64,000 nt of DNA, taken from NCBI RefSeq assembly GCF_013149785.1, contig NZ_JABEZU010000001.1:806001-870000 (forward strand), written 5' to 3'. This stretch comes from Isoptericola halotolerans. Lineage in GTDB: Bacteria > Actinomycetota > Actinomycetes > Actinomycetales > Cellulomonadaceae. Below are positions 1 through 8,610 of this stretch, one piece after another; position 1 is the stretch's first letter; each line of letters begins with the position of its first letter. Position numbers and translations under genes: made by a program. The notes below the pieces were generated by a model. It saw nothing but the letters and a program-made list of their open reading frames with translations, ran no database searches and had not been told where the DNA came from.

Positions 1-1
1 G

Positions 2-1096
2 ACCACAGAGGCCGAGCTGATCGAGGCCGTGCGCTCTGCGGACGACGCCGGGACGCCGCTGCTGGTGGTCGGTGGCGGGTCGAACCTGCTGGTCGCGGAC
101 GAGGGGTTCGACGGCGTCGTGGTGCGGGACGTGCGCCAGGGTCTGGAGGCCGACCTGGCCGACTCCTGCGGCACGGACGGGGCGTGCGGCGGCGCGAGCC
201 TGAGCCTGCCCGCGGGGCAGGACTGGGACGCCTTCGTCGCCCAGGCCGTGGCGAACGAGTGGGTCGGCGTCGAGGCGCTGTCGGGCATCCCGGGGACGAT
301 GGGCGCCGCGCCGGTGCAGAACATCGGGGCGTACGGCCAGGAGGTCTCCGGCGTCGTGGCGTCGGTGCAGACGTGGGACCGGGCGACCGGGCAGCGCAAG
401 CTGCTCACCCTGTCCGAGCTGGGGTTCGGCTACCGCACGAGCGTGCTCAAGCGGTCGATGCGTGCCGACGTGACGAGCGGCGACCTCTGGTACCCGACGC
501 CGCGCTACGTGGTGCTGCAGGTGAACCTGCAGATGCGCCTCGGGTCGCTCTCCGCGCCGGTCGCCTACGCGGAGCTCGCACGCCGCTTGGGTGTCGAGGT
601 GGGGCAGCGGGCACCCTCGGTCGAGGTGCGCGAGGCCGTCCTGGAGCTCCGGGCCGGCAAGGGCATGCTGCTCGACGGCGTCGGGGGGGCCGCCGCGCCC
701 GACCACGACCGGTGGAGCGCCGGGTCGTTCTTCACCAACCCCGTCGTGCCGGTGGAGGCGGCGGGCGGCCTGCCCGACGACGCCCCGCGCTACCCGGTGC
801 GCTCGGCGACCCCCACCACCACGACAGGGCCTGCCGTGGGTGAGATCGACCCGTCGCTGGTCAAGACGTCGGCCGCCTGGCTGATCGAGCAGGCCGGGTT
901 CACCAAGGGCTTCGGGGTGGCGGGGGAGCACTCCCCGGCCCGGCTGTCGACGCGGCACACGCTGGCGCTGACCAATCGCGGCGGAGCGACGGCGCAAGAT
1001 CTCGTGGCGCTGGCGCGGGCCGTCCGCGACGGGGTGCGCGACGAGTTCGGCATCGAGCTGGAGCCCGAGCCGGTCCTCGTCGGCCTCGCCCTCTGA
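2..1096 (+). CDS. murB: UDP-N-acetylmuramate dehydrogenase (5' truncated by window)
   Basis: GGGSNLL FAD motif, GIPGTMGAAPVQNIGAYG, SAGSFFTNP, HTLALTN, C-terminal LEPEP; frame open from base 2. Confidence 0.95.
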   Translation, partial: TTEAELIEAVRSADDAGTPLLVVGGGSNLLVADEGFDGVVVRDVRQGLEADLADSCGTDGACGGASLSLPAGQDWDAFVAQAVANEWVGVEALSGIPGTMGAAPVQNIGAYGQEVSGVVASVQTWDRATGQRKLLTLSELGFGYRTSVLKRSMRADVTSGDLWYPTPRYVVLQVNLQMRLGSLSAPVAYAELARRLGVEVGQRAPSVEVREAVLELRAGKGMLLDGVGGAAAPDHDRWSAGSFFTNPVVPVEAAGGLPDDAPRYPVRSATPTTTTGPAVGEIDPSLVKTSAAWLIEQAGFTKGFGVAGEHSPARLSTRHTLALTNRGGATAQDLVALARAVRDGVRDEFGIELEPEPVLVGLAL

Positions 1097-1137
1097 GCCC
1101 TCACCACCTGAGGGCCGTGGGTGCACGACGGGTGAGG

Positions 1138-2151
1138 TCAGTAGACGACGACGGTCGTGCCCTGGGGCATGCCCCAGTCGTCCCACAGCCAGTTCATCGC
1201 CGAGTTCGACACCCGGATGCAGCCGTGCGACGCGGGCCACGGTGGGATCGACGGCGACCCGTGCACGGCGATGCCCCCCGTGAAGTACTTCGGCCGGTAC
1301 ATCGCCCCGAGCTCGAGCGTCGACTCGTGCAGGTAGTCGCGCTCCATGTAGACGCTGAACGTCCCGCGCGGGGTCGTCGCCCGGTAGCTGCGACCCTTCG
1401 CCTCGAAGCTCTCGCCGTTGCCCGACGACGCGTTGAGGGTGCGCACCACCCGTCCGTCCTCCACCGCGAGCAGGAGCTGACGGTCGAGGTCGATCTCGAC
1501 GACCTTGCCCTTCGACGACTGAGGGGACGGTCGCGCGCCGTCCTTCAGGGCCTGGCGCGTCTTCGGCCCGACGACGGCGTCACGGCCCAGGCCTGCTGCC
1601 TTCTGCAGCGCCCACACCGCCTGCTGCGTCTGCGGTCCGAACGAGCCGTCGGCCTCGGGCAGGTAGTAGCCGAGCTCGATCAGGTCCTCCTGCAGCGCGC
1701 GCACCTTCGTGCCCGTGGCGCCCCGCTCGAGGTGGTCGGGCTTCTTCTTCTCGGCCTTCTCCTCGTCCACCTCGCCGGCAGAGCCCTCGGCGTCGGACTC
1801 GTCGGGCTCCTCGGCCCGCTCGTCCTCGTCCTGCGCCCCCTGCTCCTCCGGCTCCTCGGCTTCTTCGACCTCCTCGGGTTCCGTGGAGGGTTCCGCGGTC
1901 CGGGTCGGGTCAGGTGAGGCCGACGGCGACGCGTCGGCCGACGGCGTGACCGGCGGCGGGTCCGGCGGCTCCTCGGACGGCGTCGTGGTGCTGGTCGGCT
2001 CCGACGCCTCGCCCGACGGCGCGGCGGACGTGGTGGCCTGGGCCTCGCTGCCGCTGATCTCGCTCAGGGCGGCGCAGCCGGGGACGACCAGGAGAGCGAG
2101 GGCCGTCGCCGCCGCAGTGGTCCCGCGGCGCAGCGAGGTCGGGATCGTCAT
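1138..2151 (-). CDS. L,D-transpeptidase (YkuD) lipoprotein with peptidoglycan-binding domain
   Basis: Signal peptide with lipobox-like VPGC, acidic/Pro linker, PG-binding domain (DGSFGPQTQQAV), catalytic HGS...SHGCIR; AGGAAAGG RBS before ATG 2151. Confidence 0.88.
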   Translation of the reverse strand: MTIPTSLRRGTTAAATALALLVVPGCAALSEISGSEAQATTSAAPSGEASEPTSTTTPSEEPPDPPPVTPSADASPSASPDPTRTAEPSTEPEEVEEAEEPEEQGAQDEDERAEEPDESDAEGSAGEVDEEKAEKKKPDHLERGATGTKVRALQEDLIELGYYLPEADGSFGPQTQQAVWALQKAAGLGRDAVVGPKTRQALKDGARPSPQSSKGKVVEIDLDRQLLLAVEDGRVVRTLNASSGNGESFEAKGRSYRATTPRGTFSVYMERDYLHESTLELGAMYRPKYFTGGIAVHGSPSIPPWPASHGCIRVSNSAMNWLWDDWGMPQGTTVVVY

Positions 2152-2287
2152 CGTGCGGAACCTTTCCTGGAGGGTCGCGCAGGGGCAGTGCCCGCCGTCG
2201 CGGACCCCTACCATGCCGCGAACCGGGGCGCCGGGCGAGCCGACCGCACCGTGGCCGGGCCGATCGACACCATCCCGTGACCTGAGG

Positions 2288-2329
2288 GGGTGAGAGCCGG
2301 ATGAGAGGACTCTCATCCGGCTCTCACCC
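2288..2329. promoter_or_regulatory. Perfect 20-bp inverted repeat made of two opposed TGAGAG-N5-TGAGAG direct-repeat boxes (putative response-regulator site)
   Basis: gggtgagagccggatgagag-GA-ctctcatccggctctcaccc between divergent genes. Confidence 0.7.
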
Positions 2330-2361
2330 GCCGCACCCGTGCGCACGGTGGGGTAGGGGGC

Positions 2362-3660
2362 ATGACCGTCACGACCCCTGCACCCAGCCACGACGAGACG
2401 GCCTGGCAGGAGACGCTGACCGGCCCTGAGGCCGGCGGCCTGCTGTCGGCGGCGCTCGCGGCGGACGGTGCGGAGCTCGGCAGCTGGCAGGTCCGGGAGA
2501 TCCACGCCCGGCCGGGCGCGGAGACGACCGTCGCCTACGACGTCGTCGCTCGTCGTCGCCACGACGGAACGGAGCTGGTGGCCCACGAGCACCTCTTCGC
2601 GACCAGTGCCACGGCGCGTTCGCTCTCGGCCGCGCGGGGGGCGGCGGCGCTCGGTGACGGGGTGGTGCGCCTCGACGACGGTGAGCGGGTCGTGCACGTG
2701 TGGCGACACCCGCACGACCCGGCCCTGCCGGGCCTGGCGGCGGGCAGCGTCCCGGCAGCCGTCGAGGAGCGCCTGCGGGCCGCCGGCGCGGACGTCACGG
2801 TCAGCTCGCTGGAGACGGTGACCTACCGGCCGCTGCGCCGCGCCGTGCTGCGTGCCCGGACCGCCGGCACGGCAGACGCGGGGAGCGGCACCGTCTACGT
2901 CAAGGTGGTGCGCCCCGGCCGGACGTCGGACCTCGTGCGGCGGCACCGGCTGTTCGAGGGCACCGGCGCTCTCGCCGCCCCCGCCGTGCTCGCGGCCGAC
3001 CACGACGGCGTGGTCCTCCTCGCCGAGCTGGCAGGCCCGTCCCTCGCCGAGCACCTGGCGGCCCTCCCGGCAGAGCAGCAGGCGACCGCGCTCGACCCCG
3101 CCGAGCTGCTGCGGGTCACCGAGGCGCTGCCGACCGCAGGGGTCGAGCTGAGCCGCCGTGCGCCGTGGGCCGACCGGCTCGACCAGTACGTCACGGCGCT
3201 GACGGCCCGGCACGGCATCGACGCCTCGCGGCTGGGGCGGGTGGAGGCCCGTGTCGGGTCGGCCCTGCGGGGACGGGACCTCGGCCCGGTCGTGACGACG
3301 CACGGTGACCTGCACGCGGCGAACCTGATCCTCGCGGACGCCCGGCCCGGCCGATCGCCTCGGGTGGCCGGTGTGCTCGACGTCGACACCCTCGGTCCCG
3401 GCCACCGTGTCGACGACCTGGCGTGCGCTCTCGCCCACCTGACGGTGCTGCCCTCGCTCTCGCCGACGGCCTACGACGGCGTCCCGCGCCTGGTGGACCG
3501 GTCCCTGCGGGCCTTCGACCGCGTGGTCGACCCGGTGGTGCTGCGTGCCAGGACCGCTGCCGTGATCGTCTCGCTGGCCGTCGGTGCGCCCGACGCGGTT
3601 CTCGCCGGCCGCTGGGTCGGGCTCGCGGAGCATCTGCTGGCCCGGACGGACAGTTTCTGA
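2362..3660 (+). CDS. Aminoglycoside phosphotransferase/choline kinase-like protein
   Basis: VYVKVV lysine motif, HGDLHAANL Brenner motif, VLDVD. Confidence 0.8.
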   Translation: MTVTTPAPSHDETAWQETLTGPEAGGLLSAALAADGAELGSWQVREIHARPGAETTVAYDVVARRRHDGTELVAHEHLFATSATARSLSAARGAAALGDGVVRLDDGERVVHVWRHPHDPALPGLAAGSVPAAVEERLRAAGADVTVSSLETVTYRPLRRAVLRARTAGTADAGSGTVYVKVVRPGRTSDLVRRHRLFEGTGALAAPAVLAADHDGVVLLAELAGPSLAEHLAALPAEQQATALDPAELLRVTEALPTAGVELSRRAPWADRLDQYVTALTARHGIDASRLGRVEARVGSALRGRDLGPVVTTHGDLHAANLILADARPGRSPRVAGVLDVDTLGPGHRVDDLACALAHLTVLPSLSPTAYDGVPRLVDRSLRAFDRVVDPVVLRARTAAVIVSLAVGAPDAVLAGRWVGLAEHLLARTDSF

Positions 3661-3694
3661 GAGTGCTCTCACCTCAGGCTCCTCGAGGTCTCAC
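3658..3694 (+). promoter_or_regulatory. TCTCAC boxes at 11-bp phasing (putative response-regulator site)
   Basis: TGAGAG-TG-CTCTCA palindrome; TCTCAC at 3667 and 3689 with degenerate GCTCCT at 3678. Confidence 0.55.
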
Positions 3695-3781
3695 CCGGGC
3701 CCACGAGGCTCGAGTCGACAGGCAGCCGAAGGGCTGCACATCACGGACCGCACGGTCCACGGTACGAAGGAGCTGGAAGCC

Positions 3782-4234
3782 ATGAAGGCACGCAACGTCT
3801 GGATCGTCAGCGGAGCACTCGGAGCGGTCGCGCTCGGGACCACGGTCGCGGCGGCGCAGGCGACGTTCGACGCGCCGGCCGACGGCGTCGTCTCGTCGGC
3901 CGTCACCGTGTCGCCCGAGGGTTCGCGCGGCGAGGCCACGGCCGCCACCCAGTCCGTCTCGCCGTCGCCGGCAGCGGTGCAGAACGGTACCTCGATCACC
4001 ACGGTGACGGCCGGCTCGGTCGCCAGCGCCACCACGGCGCCGTCGACGCACACCCCGGGGTCGCCGGCCAGCCCGGTCTCGGCCATGAGCCCGGTGAGCC
4101 CGGTGTCCCCCCAGTCGGCCCAGAGCCCCCAGTCGGCCCAGAGCCCTCGGTCACCGCAGAGCCCGGCGTCGACGCCCTCCACCCCCTCGGCCCAGAGCGC
4201 CCAGTCCGCGCCCTCCGCCCCGTCGGCGGGCTGA
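3782..4234 (+). CDS. Small secreted Ser/Pro-rich low-complexity protein
   Basis: AAGGAG RBS; signal peptide MKARNVWIVSGALGAVALGTTVAAAQA; SPx/SAx tripeptide repeats. Confidence 0.75.
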   Translation: MKARNVWIVSGALGAVALGTTVAAAQATFDAPADGVVSSAVTVSPEGSRGEATAATQSVSPSPAAVQNGTSITTVTAGSVASATTAPSTHTPGSPASPVSAMSPVSPVSPQSAQSPQSAQSPRSPQSPASTPSTPSAQSAQSAPSAPSAG

Positions 4235-4257
4235 CGCAGGGCTCGCACCACCCCAGG

Positions 4258-4357
4258 GGGCGAGGACGGGAGACTCTTCACGCGGTCGTCAGACGGGAAG
4301 CGCAGGTCGCGCAGCGACCGTGAGCGCGACCGCGTGGAGAGTCTCCCGTCCTCGCCC
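4258..4357. repeat. Long hairpin (31-bp stem) between convergent genes; bidirectional terminator or REPIN-like element
   Basis: Arms 4258-4288 and 4327-4357 are reverse complements with one G-T pair. Confidence 0.7.
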
Positions 4358-4383
4358 GCACACCCTGCTGTCCGGGCACGGCG

Positions 4384-5040
4384 TCACGCCAGCCGGTACC
4401 CCATCCCGCGCACCGTGACGAACCGCTCGGCCCCGAGCTTGTTGCGCAGGTACCGCACGTACACGTCGACCACGTTCGAGCCGGGGTCGAAGTCGTAGCC
4501 CCACACCCGCGAGAGCAGCTGCTCGCGGCTGAGCACCTGCCCGGGGTTGCGCAGGAACGCCTCGGCGAGGGCGAACTCGCGTGCGGACAGGTCCACCTCG
4601 ACGTCGCCGGCACGGGCACGTCGCGTGCGCAGGTCCAGGCTCAGGTCGCCGTGGTCGAGGACGGTCACCTCTCCGCCGGGATCGGCCCGCAGGCGCAGCC
4701 GGATGCGGGCCAGCAGCTCCTCGAAGCGGAACGGCTTGGGCATGTAGTCGTCGGCCCCGCCCTCGAGCCCGGCGACGGTGTCCGAGACGGAGGTCCGCGC
4801 CGTGAGGATGATGACCGGCAGGGTGACCTTGGCCTCGCGGAGGCGGCGCAGCACGGTGAACCCGTCCTGGTCGGGCAGGCCGAGATCGAGCACCAGCAGG
4901 TCGAACTCGCCCGACGCCGCGAGGTCGAACGCCTCGCGGGCCGTGTCCACGGTGGTGCTGGCGTAGCCGGCGGACCGCAGCCCCTTGGCGATGAACGAGG
5001 CGATGCGGGACTCGTCCTCGGCGACGAGGATCTGGCTCAC
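4384..5040 (-). CDS. OmpR/PhoB-family response regulator
   Basis: VAEDE, LDLGLP phospho-acceptor, GADDYMPKPF, winged-helix VDVYVRYLRNKL...TVRGMGY. Confidence 0.95.
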   Translation of the reverse strand: MSQILVAEDESRIASFIAKGLRSAGYASTTVDTAREAFDLAASGEFDLLVLDLGLPDQDGFTVLRRLREAKVTLPVIILTARTSVSDTVAGLEGGADDYMPKPFRFEELLARIRLRLRADPGGEVTVLDHGDLSLDLRTRRARAGDVEVDLSAREFALAEAFLRNPGQVLSREQLLSRVWGYDFDPGSNVVDVYVRYLRNKLGAERFVTVRGMGYRLA

Positions 5041-6548
5041 GGGTGGTTCCTTCCGTCGGTCGGGAGCGTGATCGAGGGCTCAGCCGCGGGGGCCGCGGCC
5101 TCGGGGTGCACCGGCAGGTCGATGAGGAAGGTGGCGCCGCGGCCGGGGGCGGAGTCGACGGTGATCTTCCCCTGGTGGCCGGCGACGATGGCGGCGACGA
5201 TCGCCAGACCGAGCCCGGACCCTTCGCGGCGGACCTCGCCGTGGTGCCCGCGGGCGAAGCGTTCGAAGATCGCCGCGGCGTCGTCCTCGGCGATGCCGAC
5301 CCCCTCGTCGCGGACCCACAGCCGCACGCGGGTGCCGTCGTCGGAGGCGCGGGACCCGATCGCGACGGTGCTGCCGGGCTCGGAGAACTTCACGGCGTTC
5401 GCGGCGAGCTGCAGCCACGCCTGGGTGAGACGTTGCCCGTCGGCGAGGGCCGTGGTGTCGGTCCGCGCGTCGACGAGCCAGCGGCGCTCGCCGAGCGTGC
5501 GGGCCTTGTCGTGGACGTCGTCGGTGAGGCGACCGAGGTCGACGGGCGCCGGGCGGACGAAGTCGGGCTGGCCGACGGTCGCGAGGGTCACGAGGTCGTC
5601 GACGAGCCGGCGCATCCGGTCGAGCTCGTCGAGCGTGAGGTCGCGGGTCTCGGCGGCGTCGGCGGGGTCGTGCGGGTCCATGAGCTCGAGGTGTCCGCGC
5701 ACGATCGTCAAGGGGGTGCGCAGCTCGTGCCCGACGTCGTCGAGGAGGCGCCGCTGGGCCTCGAAGGACGACTCGAGCCGCCCCAGCATGCCGTTGACGG
5801 CCTGGGTGAGCCGGGTGAGGTCGTCGTTGCCGGTCTCGGGGATGCGTGCGGACAGGTCGGTGTCCCCGATCTGCTGCGCTGTCGCGGCCAGGAGGCGGAT
5901 CGGTCGCAGCAGTCGCCCGGCGACGAGCCAGCCGACCACGCCCGTGACGACGAGGGCGGCGAGGGCCACGAGCCCGTACGTGCGGAAGACGGCCTGTGTC
6001 TCGGCGTGCTCCGCCCGGCGGTCGTAGGCGAGGACGAGGGCAGCGGGTGCCTGCCCGGGATCGGAGACTGCGGCGGCCGACGTGACCGGGATGACGACGG
6101 CGCGGTAGTCGGTCGTCGCGGTGCGTACCAGGCGCAGCACCGCGTGGTCCTCGGTGACGAGGGGGGAGATCGCTCGGACGAACTCCGCGTCGCTCTCCAG
6201 GTGGACCGTGACCGACTGCTGGCTCACCAGGGGGCTCTGTCCCTCGCGCAGGCCGAGCACCCCTTCGTTCCGCGACGGGACGGTCAGCTGGATCGCGGCG
6301 ACGACGACGTCCTCGGGGGACGCGAAGGGTTCCCCGGTGGCGGGGTTCACACCGGAGTCGGCCAGTGCCTTCAGCTCACCGACGTCCTGCCGCAGGTCGG
6401 CGTCGATCCGGGTGTCGACCTGCTGGTACGCCAGCCAGTAGGCCGTGCCGCCCGCGAGGGTGAGGGCGAGCGCCGTCAGGGCGAGCAGCGCGGCGAGGAT
6501 GCGGGTGCGGACGGTGAGGCCGCGGGCCGGGTCGGCGAGGCGCGCCAT
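5037..6548 (-). CDS. Sensor histidine kinase (HAMP-HisKA-HATPase)
   Basis: Two TM segments, GHELRTPL H-box, NAVKFS N-box, DEGVGI, GSGLGL G2 box. Confidence 0.95.
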   Translation of the reverse strand: MARLADPARGLTVRTRILAALLALTALALTLAGGTAYWLAYQQVDTRIDADLRQDVGELKALADSGVNPATGEPFASPEDVVVAAIQLTVPSRNEGVLGLREGQSPLVSQQSVTVHLESDAEFVRAISPLVTEDHAVLRLVRTATTDYRAVVIPVTSAAAVSDPGQAPAALVLAYDRRAEHAETQAVFRTYGLVALAALVVTGVVGWLVAGRLLRPIRLLAATAQQIGDTDLSARIPETGNDDLTRLTQAVNGMLGRLESSFEAQRRLLDDVGHELRTPLTIVRGHLELMDPHDPADAAETRDLTLDELDRMRRLVDDLVTLATVGQPDFVRPAPVDLGRLTDDVHDKARTLGERRWLVDARTDTTALADGQRLTQAWLQLAANAVKFSEPGSTVAIGSRASDDGTRVRLWVRDEGVGIAEDDAAAIFERFARGHHGEVRREGSGLGLAIVAAIVAGHQGKITVDSAPGRGATFLIDLPVHPEAAAPAAEPSITLPTDGRNHP

Positions 6549-6871
6549 CAGTCGTCCTCGTCATCGTCATCGTCATCGTCATCATCGTCATCATCGTCGT
6601 CGTCATCATCGTCGTCCCCGCTCGCGGGCGGGACGGGAGCGACCTCGCCGCCGCGGCCGTCGTCCTCGTCGTCCTCGTCGGAAGGGCTCGCGTCCGGCGA
6701 CGGCGCCTCCGAAGTCGGTGAGGGACGCGGTGCGGGCGAGACGACGACGACGTCACCGACGTCGAGGTCCTCGGGCTCGTCGACCATCGCCGCCGCCACG
6801 CCGACACCACCGAGCAGGAGCAGGAGGCCCAGGGCCACCCACGGCAGCACGCGGCGTGTCGGTCGGGTCAT
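6548..6871 (-). CDS. Small exported/membrane protein with poly-Asp tail
   Basis: N-terminal hydrophobic segment (RRVLPWVALGLLLLLGGVGVAAA), Pro/Ser linker, about 20 Asp at C-terminus; stop overlaps the kinase ATG. Confidence 0.75.
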   Translation of the reverse strand: MTRPTRRVLPWVALGLLLLLGGVGVAAAMVDEPEDLDVGDVVVVSPAPRPSPTSEAPSPDASPSDEDDEDDGRGGEVAPVPPASGDDDDDDDDDDDDDDDDDDDEDD

Positions 6872-6878
6872 GCGTGGA

Positions 6879-7964
6879 TCATCCCGTGGTCCGATGAGAC
6901 GCAGATGAGAGCGAGGTCGCAGCGCCGAGGTCGCCGTCGTCGTCGTCGGGCCCGGCCAGCCAGGAGTCGATGCCGGCCTGGAGGCGTCGCTGCGTGCCCT
7001 GCGAGGCGCGCGACGCCCGGACGGACGCGCGGGCGAGGTCGGCGAGCTCGGCGTCGCTGAACCCGTGCACGGTGCGCGCCGTCTCGTACTGCTCCACGAG
7101 GCGGGAGCCGAACAGCAGCGGGTCGTCGGCGCCGAGAGCGACCGTCGCCCCGGCGTCGACCAGTGCCCGCAACGGGACGTCGTGCTCGCGCTCGTAGACA
7201 CCCAGGCTCACGTTGGACGCGGGGCACACCTCGAGCGCCACCCCCGACTCCACCAGTGACCCGAGCAGTGCGGGGTCCTCCACGGACCGGACCCCGTGGC
7301 CCAACCGGTCGGGAGCCAGCGCGCCGAGCACCTCCTGGACGTGGGCGGGGCCCAGGAGCTCGCCGCCGTGGGGCACCGAGGCGAGCCCCGCCCGGCGGGC
7401 GATGCGGAAGGCGTGCGCGAACTGCTCGGTGTCCCCGCGCCGTTCGTCGTTGCTCAGACCGAAGCCGACGACCTCGCCGGGACCGTCACCGGCGTACCGG
7501 GCGGCGAGCCTGGCCAGCGTGCGGGCGTCGAGGGGGTGCCGCATGCGGGAGGCGGCCACGACGACGGCGACCTCGACACCGTGCCGGGCGCTCGCGGCCC
7601 GTGCCTCGTCCAGCACGATCTCGACCGCAGGGGTGATGCCCCCGACGAACGGCGCGTACGACGTCGGGTCCACCTGGATCTCCAGGCGTCCCGAACCTTC
7701 GGCGGCGTCGTCCGCGGCGGCCTCGTCGACCAGTCGGCGCATGTCGGCCTCGGAGCGCACGCAGTGCCGTGCCGCGTCGTACAGCCGCTGGAACCGGAAC
7801 CACCCGCGTTCGTCGGCCGGCACCCGCAGGGCGACACCGTCGGTGAGCGCGGACGGCAGCCCCATCCCGTGCTCGACGGACATCTCGCGCAGGGACGACA
7901 GTCGCAGCGAACCGGTGAAGTGCAGGTGCAGGTGGGCCTTCGGGAGCTTCGCCAGGTCACGCAT
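6879..7964 (-). CDS. add: Adenosine deaminase
   Basis: LPKAHLHLHFTGS, HGGE, RLGHG, EVCPASN, ADDP motifs. Confidence 0.92.
   Translation of the reverse strand: MRDLAKLPKAHLHLHFTGSLRLSSLREMSVEHGMGLPSALTDGVALRVPADERGWFRFQRLYDAARHCVRSEADMRRLVDEAAADDAAEGSGRLEIQVDPTSYAPFVGGITPAVEIVLDEARAASARHGVEVAVVVAASRMRHPLDARTLARLAARYAGDGPGEVVGFGLSNDERRGDTEQFAHAFRIARRAGLASVPHGGELLGPAHVQEVLGALAPDRLGHGVRSVEDPALLGSLVESGVALEVCPASNVSLGVYEREHDVPLRALVDAGATVALGADDPLLFGSRLVEQYETARTVHGFSDAELADLARASVRASRASQGTQRRLQAGIDSWLAGPDDDDGDLGAATSLSSASHRTTG
6894..6910 (-). promoter_or_regulatory. TCTCAT-N5-TCTCAT box upstream of the two-component operon
   Basis: ATGAGA at 6894 and 6905 on + strand, about 22 nt upstream of ATG 6871. 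Confidence 0.6.
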
Positions 7965-7983
7965 CCGCTCAGTCTGGCACCCC

Positions 7984-8610
7984 TCAGGTGAGCCAGCCGC
8001 GCCGGCGTGCCACGGCCACGGCCGCTGTGCGGTCGTCCACCCCGAGCTTGGCGAAGGCGCGCAGGAGGTGCGTCTTCACGGTCGCCTCGGCGATGAACAG
8101 CTCTCGCCCGATCGCGACGTTCGACAACCCGCGCTCCACGAGCCGCAGCACCTCGGCCTCCCGCGGGGTCGGGCGCGCCTCCGCCGTGCGGACGGACGTC
8201 ACCAGTCGCGTCGCCACCGACGGCGCCAGCACCGTCTCGCCGCGCGCCGCGGCCCGCACCCCGGCGACGAGCGTCGCCCGCGGCGTGTCCTTGAGCAGGT
8301 AGCCGGTGGCGCCGGCCTCGACCGCTCGCAGGATGTCGGCGTCCGTGTCGTAGGTGGTGAGCACGACGACGCGCGGCCCCGCGGGCGAGCCCCGGACGAT
8401 CCGATCGGTCGCGCCGACGCCGTCGAGCACGGGCATCCGCAGGTCCATGAGCACGACGTCGGGGGTGAGCTCGCGGGCCAGGGCCACCGCCTGCTCGCCG
8501 TCGGGCGCCTCCCCGACGATCTCGACGTCGGGTTCGCCGGCCAGCATCCCGACGATGCCCGAGCGGACCACGGGATGGTCGTCGGCGACGAGGACGCGGA
8601 TCGCCGTCAC
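7984..8610 (-). CDS. NarL/LuxR-family response regulator
   Basis: ADDHPVVR, LMDLRMP, GYLLKD, TPREAEVL...SN..I...LFIAEATVKTHL. Confidence 0.95.
   Translation of the reverse strand: MTAIRVLVADDHPVVRSGIVGMLAGEPDVEIVGEAPDGEQAVALARELTPDVVLMDLRMPVLDGVGATDRIVRGSPAGPRVVVLTTYDTDADILRAVEAGATGYLLKDTPRATLVAGVRAAARGETVLAPSVATRLVTSVRTAEARPTPREAEVLRLVERGLSNVAIGRELFIAEATVKTHLLRAFAKLGVDDRTAAVAVARRRGWLT

Noticed and set aside
2362..3660. Bona fide aminoglycoside resistance gene
   Set aside because: Only the kinase fold motifs are evident; the length (432 aa) and context do not match characterised APH enzymes.
1138..3672. 844-aa minus-strand ORF as a giant transpeptidase fusion
   Set aside because: The upstream 500 aa is the antisense shadow of the kinase gene; a signal peptide and RBS mark the real start at 2151.
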